Shown here piece after piece: positions 42,001 to 55,000 of a stretch of DNA of 64,000 nucleotides. A program made the position numbers and the translations under genes. The notes below the pieces were generated by a model. It saw only the letters and a list, made by a program, of their open reading frames with translations. It made no database searches and had not been told where the DNA came from. This DNA comes from the human T2T-CHM13v2.0 reference genome, Homo sapiens, in assembly GCF_009914755.1 (NCBI RefSeq), contig NC_060935.1. One strand, written 5' to 3'. Numbering within the stretch: position 1 is the stretch's first letter; each line of letters opens with the position of its first letter.

Positions 42001-45000
42001 CAGGGAAGCATTGTGAGAAACTTCTTTGTGATGTTTGCATTCAACTCACAGAGTTGAACCTTGCTTTCATAGTTCAGCTTTCAAACACTCTTTTTGTAGA
42101 ATCTGCAAGTGGATATTTGGACCACTTTGTGGCCTTCCTTCGAAACGGGTATATCTTCACATCAAACCTAGACAGAAGCATTCTCAGAATGTTTCCTGTG
42201 ATGACTGCATTCAACTCACAGAGGTGAACAATCCTGTTGATGGAGCACTTTTGAAACTCTCTTTCTTTGGATTCTGCAAGTAGATATGTGGACCTCTGTG
42301 AAGATTTCGTTGGAAACGGGTTCATCTTCACAGAAAAACTAAACAGAAGCATTCTCAGAAACTACTTTGTGATGTTTGTGTTCCACTTCAAGAATTGAAC
42401 TTTCCTCTTGACAGAGCAGCTCTGAAACCCTCTTTTTCTAGAATCTGCAAGTGGACATTTGGAGGGCTTTGAGGCCTGTGGTGGAAAAGGAAAATCTTCA
42501 CATAAAAACTAGATGGAAGCATTCTCAGAAACTACTTTGTGATGATTGCATTCGACTCACAGAGTTGAACATTCCTATAGATAGAGCAGGTTGTAAACAA
42601 TCTTTTTGTAGAATCTGCGATTGGAGATTTGGACTGCTTTGAGGCCTACTGTAGTAATGGAAATTACTTCATCTAAAAACCAAACGGAAGCATTCACAGA
42701 CAATTCTTAGTGATCATTGCATTGAACTAACAGAGCTGAACATTCCTTTAGATGGAGCAGTTTCCAAACACACTTTCTGTAGAACCTGCAAGTGGATATT
42801 TGGACCTCTCTGAGGATTTCGTTGGAAACGGGATAAACTTCCCAGAACTACACGGAAGCATTGTGAGAAACTTCTTTGTGATGTTTGCATTCAACTCACA
42901 GAGTTGAACCTTGCTTTCATAGTTCAGCTTTCAAACACTCTTTTTGTAGAATCTGCAAGTGGATATTTGGACCACTTTGTGGCCTTCCTTCGAAACGGGT
43001 ATATCTTCACATCAAACCTAGACAGAAGCATTCTCAGAATGTTTCCTGTGATGACTGCATTCAACTCACAGAGGTGAACAATCCTGCTGATGGAGCAGTT
43101 TTGAAACTCTCTTTCTTTGGATTCTGCAAGTGGATATGGGGACCTCTGTGAAGATTTCGTTGGAAACGGGTTCATCTTCACAGAAAAACTAAACAGAAAC
43201 ATTCTCACAAACTACTTTGTGATGTTTGTGTTCCACTTCAGGAATTGAACTTTCCTCTTGACAGAGCAGCTCTGAAACCCTCTTATTCTATAATCTGCAA
43301 GTGGACATTTGGAGGGCTTTGAGGCCTGTGGTGGAAAAGGAAAATCTTCACATAAAAACTAGATGGAAGCATTCTCAGAAACTACTTTGTGATGATTGCA
43401 TTCGACTCACAGAGTTGAACATTCCTATAGATAGAGCAGGTTGTAAACAATCTTTTTGTAGAATCTGCGATTGGAGATTTGGACTGCTTTGAGGCCTACT
43501 GTAGTAAAGGAAATAACTTCATCTAAAAACCAAACGGAAGCATTCACAGACAATTCTTAGTGATCATTGCATTGAACTAACAGAGCTGAACATTCCTTTA
43601 GATGGAGCAGTTTCCAAACACACTTTCTGTAGAACCTGCAAGTGGATATTTGGACCTCTCTGAGGATTTCGTTGGAAACGGGATAAACTTCCCGGAACTA
43701 CACGGAAGCATTGTGAGAAACTTCTTTGTGATGTTTGCATTCAACTCACAGAGTTGAACCTTGCTTTCATAGTTCAGCTTTCAAACACTCTTTTTGTAGA
43801 ATCTGCAAGTGGATATTTGGACCACTTTGTGGCCTTCCTTCGAAACGGGTATATCTTCACATCAAACCTAGACAGAAGCATTCTCAGAATGTTTCCTGTG
43901 ATGACTGCATTCAACTCACAGAGGTGAACAATCCTGCTGATGGAGCAGTTTTGAACCTCTCTTTCTTTGGATTCTGCAAGTGGATATGTGTACCACTGTG
44001 AAGATTTCGTTGGAAACGGGTTCATCTTCACAGAAAAACTAAACAGAAGCATTCTCAGAAACTGCTTTGTGATGTTTGTGTTCCACTTCAGGAATTGAAC
44101 TTTCCTCTTGACAGAGCAGCTCTGAAACCCTCTTATTCTAGAATCTGCAAGTGGACATTTGGAGGGCTTTGAGGCCTGTGGTGGAAAAGGAAAATCTTCA
44201 CATAAAAACTAGATGGAAGCATTCTCAGAAACTACTTTGTGATGATTGCATTCGACTCACAGAGTTGAACATTCCTATAGATAGAGCAGGTTGTAAACAA
44301 TCTTTTTGTAGAATCTGCGATTGGAGATTTGGACTGCTTTGAGGCCTACTGTAGTAAAGGAAATAACTTCATCTAAAAACCAAACGGAAGCATTCACAGA
44401 CAATTCTTAGTGATCATTGCATTGAACTAACAGAGCTGAACATTCCTTTACATGGCGCAGTTTCCAAACACACTTTCTGTAGAATCTGCAAGTGGATATT
44501 TGGACTTCTCTGAGGATTTCGTTGGAAACGGGATAAACTTCCCAGAACTACACGGAAGCATTGTGAGAAACTTCTTTGTGATGTTTGCATTCAACTCACA
44601 GAGTTGAACCTTGCTTTCATAGTTCAGCTTTCAAACACTCTTTTTGTAGAATCTGCAAGTCGATATTTTGACCACTTTTTGGGCTTCCTTCGAAACGGGT
44701 ATATCTTCACATCAAACCTAGACAGAAACATTCTCAGAATGTTTCCTGTGATGACTGCATTCAACTCACAGAGGTGAACAATCCTGCTGATGGAGCAGTT
44801 TTGAAACTCTCTTTCTTTGGATTCTGCAAGTGGATATGTGGACCTCTGTGAAGATTTCGTTGGAAACGGGTTCATCTTCACAGAAAAACTAAACAGGAGC
44901 ATTCTCAGAAACTGCTTTGTGATGTTTGTGTTCCACTTCAAGAATTGAACTTTCCTCTTGACAGAGCAGCTCTGAAACCCTCTTTTTCTAGAATATGCAA

Positions 45001-47984
45001 GTGGACATTTGGAGGGCTTTGAGGCCTGTGGTGGAAAAGGAAAATCTTCACATAAAAACTAGATGGAAGCATTCTCAGAAACTACTTTGTGATGATTGCA
45101 TTCGACGCACAGAGTTGAACATTCCTATAGATAGAGCAGGTTGTAAACAATCTTTTTGTAGAATCTGCGATTGGAGATTTGGACTGCTTTGAGGCCTACT
45201 GTAGTAAAGGAAATAACTTCATCTAAAAACCAAACGGAAGCATTCACAGACAATTCTTAGTGATCATTGCATTGAACTAACAGAGCTGAACATTCCTTTA
45301 GATGGAGCAGTTTCCAAACCCACTTTCTGTAGAATCTTCAAGTGGATATTTGGACTTCTCTGAGGATTTCGTTGGAAACGGGATAAACTTCCCAGAACTA
45401 CACGGAAGCATTGTGAGAAACTTCTTTGTGATGTTTGCATTCAACTCACAGAGTTGAACCTTGCTTTCATAGTTCAGCTTTCAAACACTCTTTTTGTAGA
45501 ATCTGCAAGTGGATATTTGGACCAATTTGTGGCCTTCCTTCGAAACGGGTATATCTTCCCATCAAACCTAGACAGAAGCATTCTCAGAATGTTTCCTGTG
45601 ATGACTGCATTCAACTCACAGAGGTGAACAATCCTGTTGATGGAGCAGTTTTGAAACTCTCTTTCTTTGGATTCTGCAAGTTGATATGTGGACCTCTGTG
45701 AAGATTTCGTTGGAAACGGGTTCATCTTCACAGAAAAACTAAACAGAAGCATTCTCTGAAACTACTTTGTGATGTTTGTGTTCCACTTCTAGAATTGAAC
45801 TTTCCTCTTGACAGAGCAGCTCTGAAACCCTCTTTTTCTAGAATCTGCAAGTGGACATTTGGAGGGCTTTGAGGCCTGTGGTGGAAAAGGAAAATCTTCA
45901 CATAAAAACTAGATGGAAGCATTCTCAGAAACTACTTTGTGATGATTGCATTCGACTCACAGAGTTGAACATTCCTATAGATAGAGCAGGTTGTAAACAA
46001 TCTTTTTGTAGAATCTGCGATTGGAGATTTGGACTGCTTTGAGGCCTACTGTAGTAAAGGAAATAACTTCATATAAAAACCAAACGGAAGCATTCACAGA
46101 CAATTCTTAGTGATCATTGCATTGAACTAACAGAGCTGAACATTCCTTTAGATGGCGCAGTTTCCAAACACACTTTCTGTAGAATCTGCAAGTGGATATT
46201 TGGACCTCTCTGAGGATTTCGTTGGAAACGGGATAAACTTCCCAGAACTACACGGAAGCATGCTGAGAAACTTCTTTGTGATGTTTGCATTCAACTCACA
46301 GAGTTGAACCTTGCTTTCATAGTTCAGCTTTCAAACACTCTTTTTGTAGAATCTGCAAGTGGATATTTGGACCACTTTGTGGCCTTCCTTCGAAACGGGT
46401 ATATCTTCACATCAAACCTAGACAGAAGCATTCTCAGAATGTTTCCTGTGATGACTGCATTCAACTCACAGAGGTGAACAATCCTGCTGATGGAGCAATT
46501 TTGAAACTCTCTTTCTTTGGATTCTGCAAGTGGATATGTGGACCTCTGTGAAGATTTCGTTGGAAACGGGTTCATCTTCACAGAAAAACTAAACAGAAGC
46601 ATTCTCAGAAACTGCTTTGTGATGTTTGTGTTCCACTTCAGGAATTGAACTTTCCTCTTGACAGAGCAGCTCTGAAACCCTCTTATTCTAGAATCTGCAA
46701 GTGGACATTTGGAGGGCTTTGAGGCCTGTGGTGGAAAAGGAAAATCTTCACATAAAAACTAGATGGAAGCATTCTCAGAAACTACTTTGTGATGATTGCA
46801 TTCGACTCACAGAGTTGAACATTCCTATAGATAGAGCAGGTTGTAAACAATCTTTTTGTAGAATCTGCGATTGGAGATTTGGACTGCTTTGAGGCCTACT
46901 GTAGTAAAGGAAATAACTTCATCTAAAAACCAAACGGAAGCATTCACAGACAATTCTTAGTGATCATTGCATTGAACTAACAGAGCTGAACATTCCTTTA
47001 GATGGCGCAGTTTCCAAACACACTTTCTGTAGAATCTGCAAGTGGATATTTGGACTTCTCTGAGAATTTCGTTGGAAACGGGATAAACTTCCCAGAACTA
47101 CACGGAAGCATTGTGAGAAACTTCTTTGTGATGTTTGCATTCAACTCACAGAGTTGAAACTTGCTTTCATAGTTCAGCTTTCAAACACTCTTTTTGTAGA
47201 ATCTGCAAGTGGATATTTGGACCACTTTGTGGCCTTCCTTCGAAACGGGTATATCTTCACATCAAACCTAGACATAAGCATTCTCAGAATGTTTCCTGTG
47301 AAGACTGCATTCAACTCACAGAGATGAACAATCCTGTTGATGGAGCACTTTGGAAACTCTCTTTCTTTGGATTCTGCAAGTTGATATGTGGACCTCTGTG
47401 AAGATTTCGTTGGAAACGGGTTCATCTTCACAGAAAAACTAAACAGAAGCATTCTCAAAAACTACTTTGTGATGTGTGTGTTCCACTTCAAGAATTGAAC
47501 TTTCCTCTTGACAGAGCAGTTCTGAAAACCTCTTTTTCTAGAATCTGCAAGTGGACATTTGGAGGGCTTTGAGGCCTGTGGTGGAAAAGGAAAATCTTCA
47601 CATAAAAACTAGATGGAAGCATTCTCAGAAACTACTTTGTGATGATTGCATTCGACTCACAGAGTTGAACATTCCTATAGATAGAGCAGGTTGTAAACAA
47701 TCTTTTTGTAGAATCTGCGATTGGAGATTCGGACTGCTTTGAGGCCTACTGTAGTAAAGGAAATAACTTCATCTAAAAACCAAACGGAAGCATTCACAGA
47801 CAATTCTTAGTGATCATTGCATTGAACTAACAGAGCTGAACATTCCTTTACATGGCGCAGTTTCCAAACACACTTTCTGTAGAATCTGCAAGTGGATATT
47901 TGGACCTCTCTGAGGATTTCGTTGGAAACGGGATAAACTTCCCAGAACTACACGGAAGCATGCTGAGAAACTTCTTTGTGATGT

Positions 47985-50900
47985 TTGCATTCAACTCACA
48001 GAGTTGAACCTTGCTTTCATAGTTCAGCTTTCAAACACTTTTTTGGTAGAATCTGCAAGTGGATATTTGGACCACTTTGTGGCCTTCCTTCGAAACGGGT
48101 ATATCTTCACATCAAACCTAGACAGAAGCATTCTCAGAATGTTTCCTGTGATGACTGCATTCAACTCACAGAGGTGAACAATCCTGCTGATGGAGCAGTT
48201 TTGAAACTCTCTTTCTTTGGATTCTGCAAGTGGATATGTGGACCTCTGTGAAGATTTCGTTGGAAACGGGTTCATCTTCACAGAAAAACTAAACAGAAGC
48301 ATTCTCAGAAACTGCTTTGTGATGTTTGTGTTCCACTTCAGGAATTGAACTTTCCTCTTGACAGAGCAGCTCTGAAACCCTCTTATTCTAGAATCTGCAA
48401 GTGGACATTTGGAGGGCTTTGAGGCCTGTGGTGGAAAAGGAAAATCTTCACATAAAAACTAGATGGAAGCATTCTCAGAAACTACTTTGTGATGATTGCA
48501 TTCGACTCACAGAGTTGAACATTCCTATAGATAGAGCAGGTTGTAAACAATCTTTTTCTAGAATCTGCTATTGGAGATTTGGACTCCTTTGAGGCCTACT
48601 GTAGTAAAGGAAATAACTTCATCTAAAAACCAAACGAAAGCATTCACAGACAATTCTCAGGATCATTGGATTGAACTAACAGAGCTGAACATTCCTTTAG
48701 ATGGAGCAGTTTCCAAACACACTTTCTGTAGAATCTGCAAGTGGATATTTGGACTTCTCTGAGAATTTCGTTGGAAAAGGGATAAACTTCCCAGAACTAC
48801 ACGGAAGCATTGTGAGAAACTTCTTTGTGATGTTTGCATTCAACTCACAGAGTTGAACCTTGCTTTCATAGTTCAGCTTTCAAACACTCTTTTTGTAGAA
48901 TCTGCAAGTGGATATTTGGACCACTTTGTGGCCTTCCTTCGAAACGGGTATATCTTCACATCAAACCTAGACAGAAGCATTCTCAGAATGTTTCCTGCGA
49001 TGACTGCATTCAACTCACAGAGGTGAACAATCCTGCTGATGGAGCAGTTTTGAAACTCTCTTTCTTTGGATTCTGCATGTGGATATGTTGACCTCTGTGA
49101 AGATTTCGTTGGAAACGGGTTCATCTTCACAGAAAAACTAAACAGGAGCATTCTCAGAAACTGCTTTGTGATGTTTGTGTTCCACTTCAAGAATTGAACT
49201 TTCCTCTTGACAGAGCAGCTCTGAAACCCTCTTTTTCTAGAATCTGCAAGTGGACATTTGGAAGGATTTGAGGCCTGTGGTGGAAAAGGAAAATCTTCAT
49301 ATAAAAACTAGATGGAAGCATTCTCAGAAACTACTTTGTGATGATTGCATTCGACTCACAGAGTTGAACATTCCTATAGATAGAGCAGGTTGTAAACAAT
49401 CTTTTTGTAGAATCTGCGATTGGAGATTTGGACTGCTTTGAGGCCTACTGTAGTAAAGGAAATAACTTCATCTAAAAACCAAACGGAAGCATTTACAGAC
49501 AATTCTTAGTGATCATTGGATTGAACTAACAGAGCTGAACATTCCTTTAGATGGAGCAGTTTCCAAACCCACTTTCTTTAGAATCTGCAAGTGGATATTT
49601 GGACTTCTCTGAGGATTTCGTTGGAAACGGGATAAACTTCCCAGAACTACAGGGAAGCATTGTGAGAAACTTCTTTGTGATGTTTGCATTCAACTCACAG
49701 AGTTGAACCTTGCTTTCATAGTTCAGCTTTCAAACACTCTTTTTGTAGAATCTGCAAGTGGATATTTGGACCACTTTGGGGCCTTCCTTCGAAACGGGTA
49801 TATCTTCACATCAAACCTAGACAGAAGCATTCTCAGAATGTTTCCTGTGATGACTGCATTCAACTCACAGAGGTGAACAATCCTGTTGATGGAGCACTTT
49901 TGAAACTCTCTTTCTTTGGATTCTGCAAGTTGATATGTGGACCTCTGTGAAGATTTCGTTGGAAACGGGTTCATCTTCACAGAAAAACTAAACAGAAGCA
50001 TTCTCAGAAACTACTTTGTGATGTTTGTGTTCCACTTCAAGAATTGAACTTTCCTCTTGACAGAGCAGCTCTGAAACCCTCTTTTTCTAGAATCTGCAAG
50101 TGGACATTTGGAGGGCTTTGAGGCCTGTGGTGGAAAAGGAAAATCTTCACATAAAAACTAGATGGAAGCATTCTCAGAAACTACTTTGTGATGATTGCAT
50201 TCGTCTCACAGAGTTGAACATTCCTATAGATAGAGCAGGTTGTAAACAATCTTTTTGTAGAATCTGCGATTGGAGATTTGGACTGCTTGGAGGCCTACTG
50301 TAGTAAAGTAAATAACTTCATCTAAAAACCAAACGGAAGCATTCACAGACAATTCTTAGTGATCATTGCATTGAACTAACAGAGCTGAACATTCCTTTAG
50401 ATGGCGCAGTTTCCAAACACACTTTCTGTAGAATCTGCAAGTGGATATTTGGACCTCTCTGAGGATTTCGTTGGAAACCGGATAAACTTCCCAGAACTAC
50501 ACGGAAGCACTGTGAGAAAATTCTTTGTGATGTTTGCATTCAACTCACAGAGTTGAACCTTGCTTTCATAGTTCAGCTTTCAAACACTCTTTTTGTAGAA
50601 TCTGCAAGTGGATATTTGGACCACTTTGTGGCCTTCCTTCGAAACGGGTATATCTTCCCATCAAACCTAGACAGAAGCATTCTCAGAATGTTTCCTGTGA
50701 TGACTGCATTCAACTCACAGAGGTGAACAATCCTGTTGATGGAGCACTTTTGAAACTCTCTTTCTTTGGATTCTGCAAGTTGATATGTGGACCTCTGTGA
50801 AGATTTCGTTGGAAACGGGTTCATCTTCACAGAAAAACTAAACAGAAGCATTCTCAGAAACTACTATGTGATGTTTGTGTTCCACTTCAAGAATTGAACT

Positions 50901-52000
50901 TTCCTCTTGACAGAGCAGCTCTGAAACCCTCTTTTTCTAGAATCTGCAAGTGAACATTTGGAGGGCTTTGAGGCCTGTGGTGGAAAAGGAAAATCTTCAC
51001 ATAAAAACTAGATGGAAGCATTCTCAGAAACTACTTTGTGATGATTGCATTCGACTCACAGAGTTGAACATTCCTATAGATAGAGCAGGTTGTAAACAAT
51101 CTTTTTGTAGAATCTGCGATTGGAGATTTGGACTGCTTTGAGGCCTACTGTAGTAAAGGAAATAACTTCATCTAAAAACCAAACGGAAGCATTCACAGAC
51201 AATTCTTAGTGATCATTGGATTGAACTAACAGAGCTGAACATTCCTTTAGATGGCGCAGTTTCCAAACACACTTTCTGTAGAATCTGCAAGTGGATATTT
51301 GGACCTCTCTGAGGATTTCGTTAGAAAAGGGATAAACTTCCCAGAACTACACGGAAGCATGCTGAGAAAATTCTTTGTGATGTTTGCATTCAACTCACAG
51401 AGTTGAACCTTGCTTTCATAGTTCAGCTTTCAAACACTCTTTTTGTAGAATCTGCAAGTGGATATTTGGACCACTTTGTGGCCTTCCTTGAAACGGGTAT
51501 ATCTTCACATCAAACCTAGACAGAAGCATTCTCAGAATGTTTCCTGTGATGACTGCATTCAACTCACAGAGGTGAACAATCCTGCTGATGGAGCAGTTTT
51601 GAAACTCTCTTTCTTTGGATTCTGCAAGTGGATATGTGGACCTCTGTGAAGATTTCGTTGGAAACGGGTTCATCTTCACAGAAAAACTAAACAGAAGCAT
51701 TCTCAGAAACTGCTTTGTGATGTTTGTGTTCCACTTCAGGAATTGAACTTTCCTCTTGACAGAGCAGCTCTGAAACCCTCTTATTCTAGAATCTGCAAGT
51801 GGACATTTGGAGGGCTTTGAGGCCTGTGGTGGAAAAGGAAAATCTTCACATAAAAACTAGATGGAAGCATTCTCAGAAACTACTTTGTGATGATTGCATT
51901 CGACTCACAGAGTTGAACATTCCTATAGATAGAGCAGGTTGTAAACAATCTTTTTGTAGAAAATGCGATTGGAGATTTGGACTGCTTTGAGGCCTACTGT
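47985..52000 (+). repeat. More diverged dispersed paralog of the ~9064-13070 block (offset 38,921 bp)
   Basis: Variant order is identical: 9064/47985, 9650/48571, 10329/49250, 11179/50100, 12029/50950, 12537/51458, 12878/51799. This copy carries several private SNVs. Confidence 0.85.
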
Positions 52001-55000
52001 AGTAAAGGAAATAACTTCATCTAAAAACCAAACGGAAGCATTCACAGACAATTCTTAGTGATCATTGGATTGAACTAACAGAGCTGAACATTCCTTTAGA
52101 TGGAGTAGTTTCCAAACCCACTTTCTGTAGAATATGCAAGTGGATATTTGGACTTCTCTGAGGATTTCGTGGGAAACGGGATAAACTTCCCAGAACTACA
52201 CGGAAGCATTGTGAGAAACTTCTTTGTGATGTTTGCATTCAACTCACAGAGTTGAACCTTGCTTTCATAGTTCAGCTTTCAAACACTCTTTTTGTAGAAT
52301 CTGCAAGTGGATATTTGGACCACTTTGTGGCCTTCCTTCGAAACGGGTATATCTTCACATCAAACCTAGACAGAAGCATTCTCAGAATGTTTCCTGTGAT
52401 GACTGCATTCACCTCACAGAGGTGAACAATCCTGCTGATGGAGCAGTTTTGAAACTCTCTTTCTTTGGATTCTGCAAGTGGATATGTGGACCTCTGTGAA
52501 GATTTCGTTGGAAACGGGTTCATCTTCACAGAAAAACTAAACAGGAGCATTCTCAGAAACTGCTTTGTGATGTTTGTGTTCCACTTCAAGAATTGAACTT
52601 TCCTCTTGACAGAGCAGCTCTGAAACCCTCTTTTTCTAGAATCTGCAAGTGGACGTTTGGAGGGCTTTGAGTCCTGTGGTGGAAAAGGAAAATCTTCACA
52701 TAAAAACTAGATGGAAGCATTCTCAGAAACTACTTTGTGATGATTGCATTCGACGCACAGAGTTGAACATTCCTATAGATAGAGCAGGTTGTAAACAATC
52801 TTTTTGTAGAATCTGCGATTGGAGATTTGGACTGCTTTGAGGCCTACTGTAGTAAAGGAAATAACTTCATCTAAAAACCAAACGGAAGCATTCACAGACA
52901 ATTCTTAGTGATCATTGGATTGAGCTAACAGAGCTGAACATTCCTTTAGATGGAGCAGTTTCCAAACCCACTTTCTGTAGAATCTGCAAGTGGATATTTG
53001 TACTTCTCTGAGGATTTCGTTGGAAACGGGATAAACTTCCCAGAACTACACGGAAGCATTGTGAGAAACTTCTTTGTGATGTTTGCATTCAACTCACAGA
53101 GTTGAACCTTGCTTTCATAGTTCAGCTTTCAAACACTCTTTTTGTACAATCTGCAAGTGGATATTTGGACCACTTTGTGGCCTTCCTTCGAAACGGGTAT
53201 ATCTTCATATCAAACCTAGACAGAAGCATTCTCAGAATGTTTCCTGTGATGACTGCATTCAACTCACAGAGGTGAACAATCCTGCTGATGGAGCAGTTTT
53301 GAAACTCTCTTTCTTTGGATTCTGCAAGTGGATATGTGGACCTCTGTGAAGATTTCGTTGGAAACGGGTTCATCTTCACAGAAAAACTAAACAGAAGCAT
53401 TCTCAGAAACTGCTTTGTGATGTTTGTGTTCCACTTCAGGAATTGAACTTTCCTCTTGACAGAGCAGCTCTGAAACCCTCTTTTTCTAGAATCTGCAAGT
53501 GGACATTTGGAGGGCTTTGAGGCCTGTGGTGGAAAAGGAAAATCTTCACATAAAAACTAGATGGAAGCATTCTCAGAAACTACTTTGTGATGATTGCATT
53601 CGACTCACAGAGTTGAACATTCCTATAGATAGAGCAGGTTGTAAACAATCTTTTTGTAGAATCTGCGATTGGAGATTTGGACTGCTTTGAGGCCTACTGT
53701 AGTAAAGGAAATAACTTCATCTAAAAACCAAACGGAAGCATTCACAGACAATTCTTAGTGATCATTGGATTGAACTAACAGAGCTGAACATTCCTTTAGA
53801 TGGCGCAGTTTCCAAACACACTTTCTGTAGAATCTGCAAGTGGATATTTGGACTTCTCTGAGGATTTCGTTGGAAACGGGATAAACTTCCCAGAACTACA
53901 CGGAAGCATTGTGAGAAACATCTTTGTGATGTTTGCATTCAACTCACAGAGTTGAACCTTGCTTTCATAGTTCAGCTTTCAAACCCTCTTTTTGTAGAAT
54001 CTGCAAGTAGATATTTGGGCCACTTTGTGGCCTTCCTTCGAAACGGGTATATCTTCACATCAAACCTAGACAGAAGCATTCTCAGAATGTTTCCTGTGAT
54101 GACTGCATTCAACTCACAGAGGTAAACAATCCTGCTGATGGAGCAGTTTTGAAACTCTCTTTCTTTGGATTCTGCAAGTGGATATGTGGACCTCTGTGAA
54201 GATTTCGTTGGAAACGGGTTCATCTTCACAGAAAAACTAAACAGGAGCATTCTCAGAAACTGCTTTGTGATGTTTGTGTTCCACTTCAAGAATTGAACTT
54301 TCCTCTTGACAGAGCAGCTCTGAAACCCTATTTTTCTAGAATCTGCAAGTGGACATTTGGAGGGCTTTGAGTCCTGTGGTGGAAAAGGAAAATCTTCACA
54401 TAAAAACTAGATGGAAGCATTCTCAGAAACTACTTTGTGATGATTGCATTCGACTCACAGAGTTGAACATTCCTATAGATAGAGCAGGTTGTAAACAATC
54501 TTTTTCTAGAATCTGCGATTGGAGATTTGGACAGCTTTGAGGCCTACTGTAGTAAAGGAAATAACTTCATCTAAAAACCAAACGGAAGCATTCACAGACA
54601 ATTCTTAGTGATCATTGGATTGAACTAACAGAGCTGAACATTCCTTTAGATGGAGCAGTTTCCAAACCCACTTTCTGTAGAATCTGCAAGTGGATATTTG
54701 GACTTCTCTGAGGATTTCGTTGGAAACGGGATAAACTTCCCAGAACTACAGGGAAGCATTGTGAGAAACTTCTTTGTGATGTTTGCATTCAACTCACAGA
54801 GTTGAACCTTGCTTTCATAGTTCAGCTTTCAAACACTCTTTTTGTAGAATCTGCAAGTGGATATTTGGACCACTTTGTGGCCTTCCTTCGAAACGGGTAT
54901 ATCTTCACATCAAACCTAGACAGAAGCATTCTCAGAATGTTTCCTGTGAAGACTGCATTCAACTCACAGAGATGAACAATCCTGTTGATGGAGCACTTTG

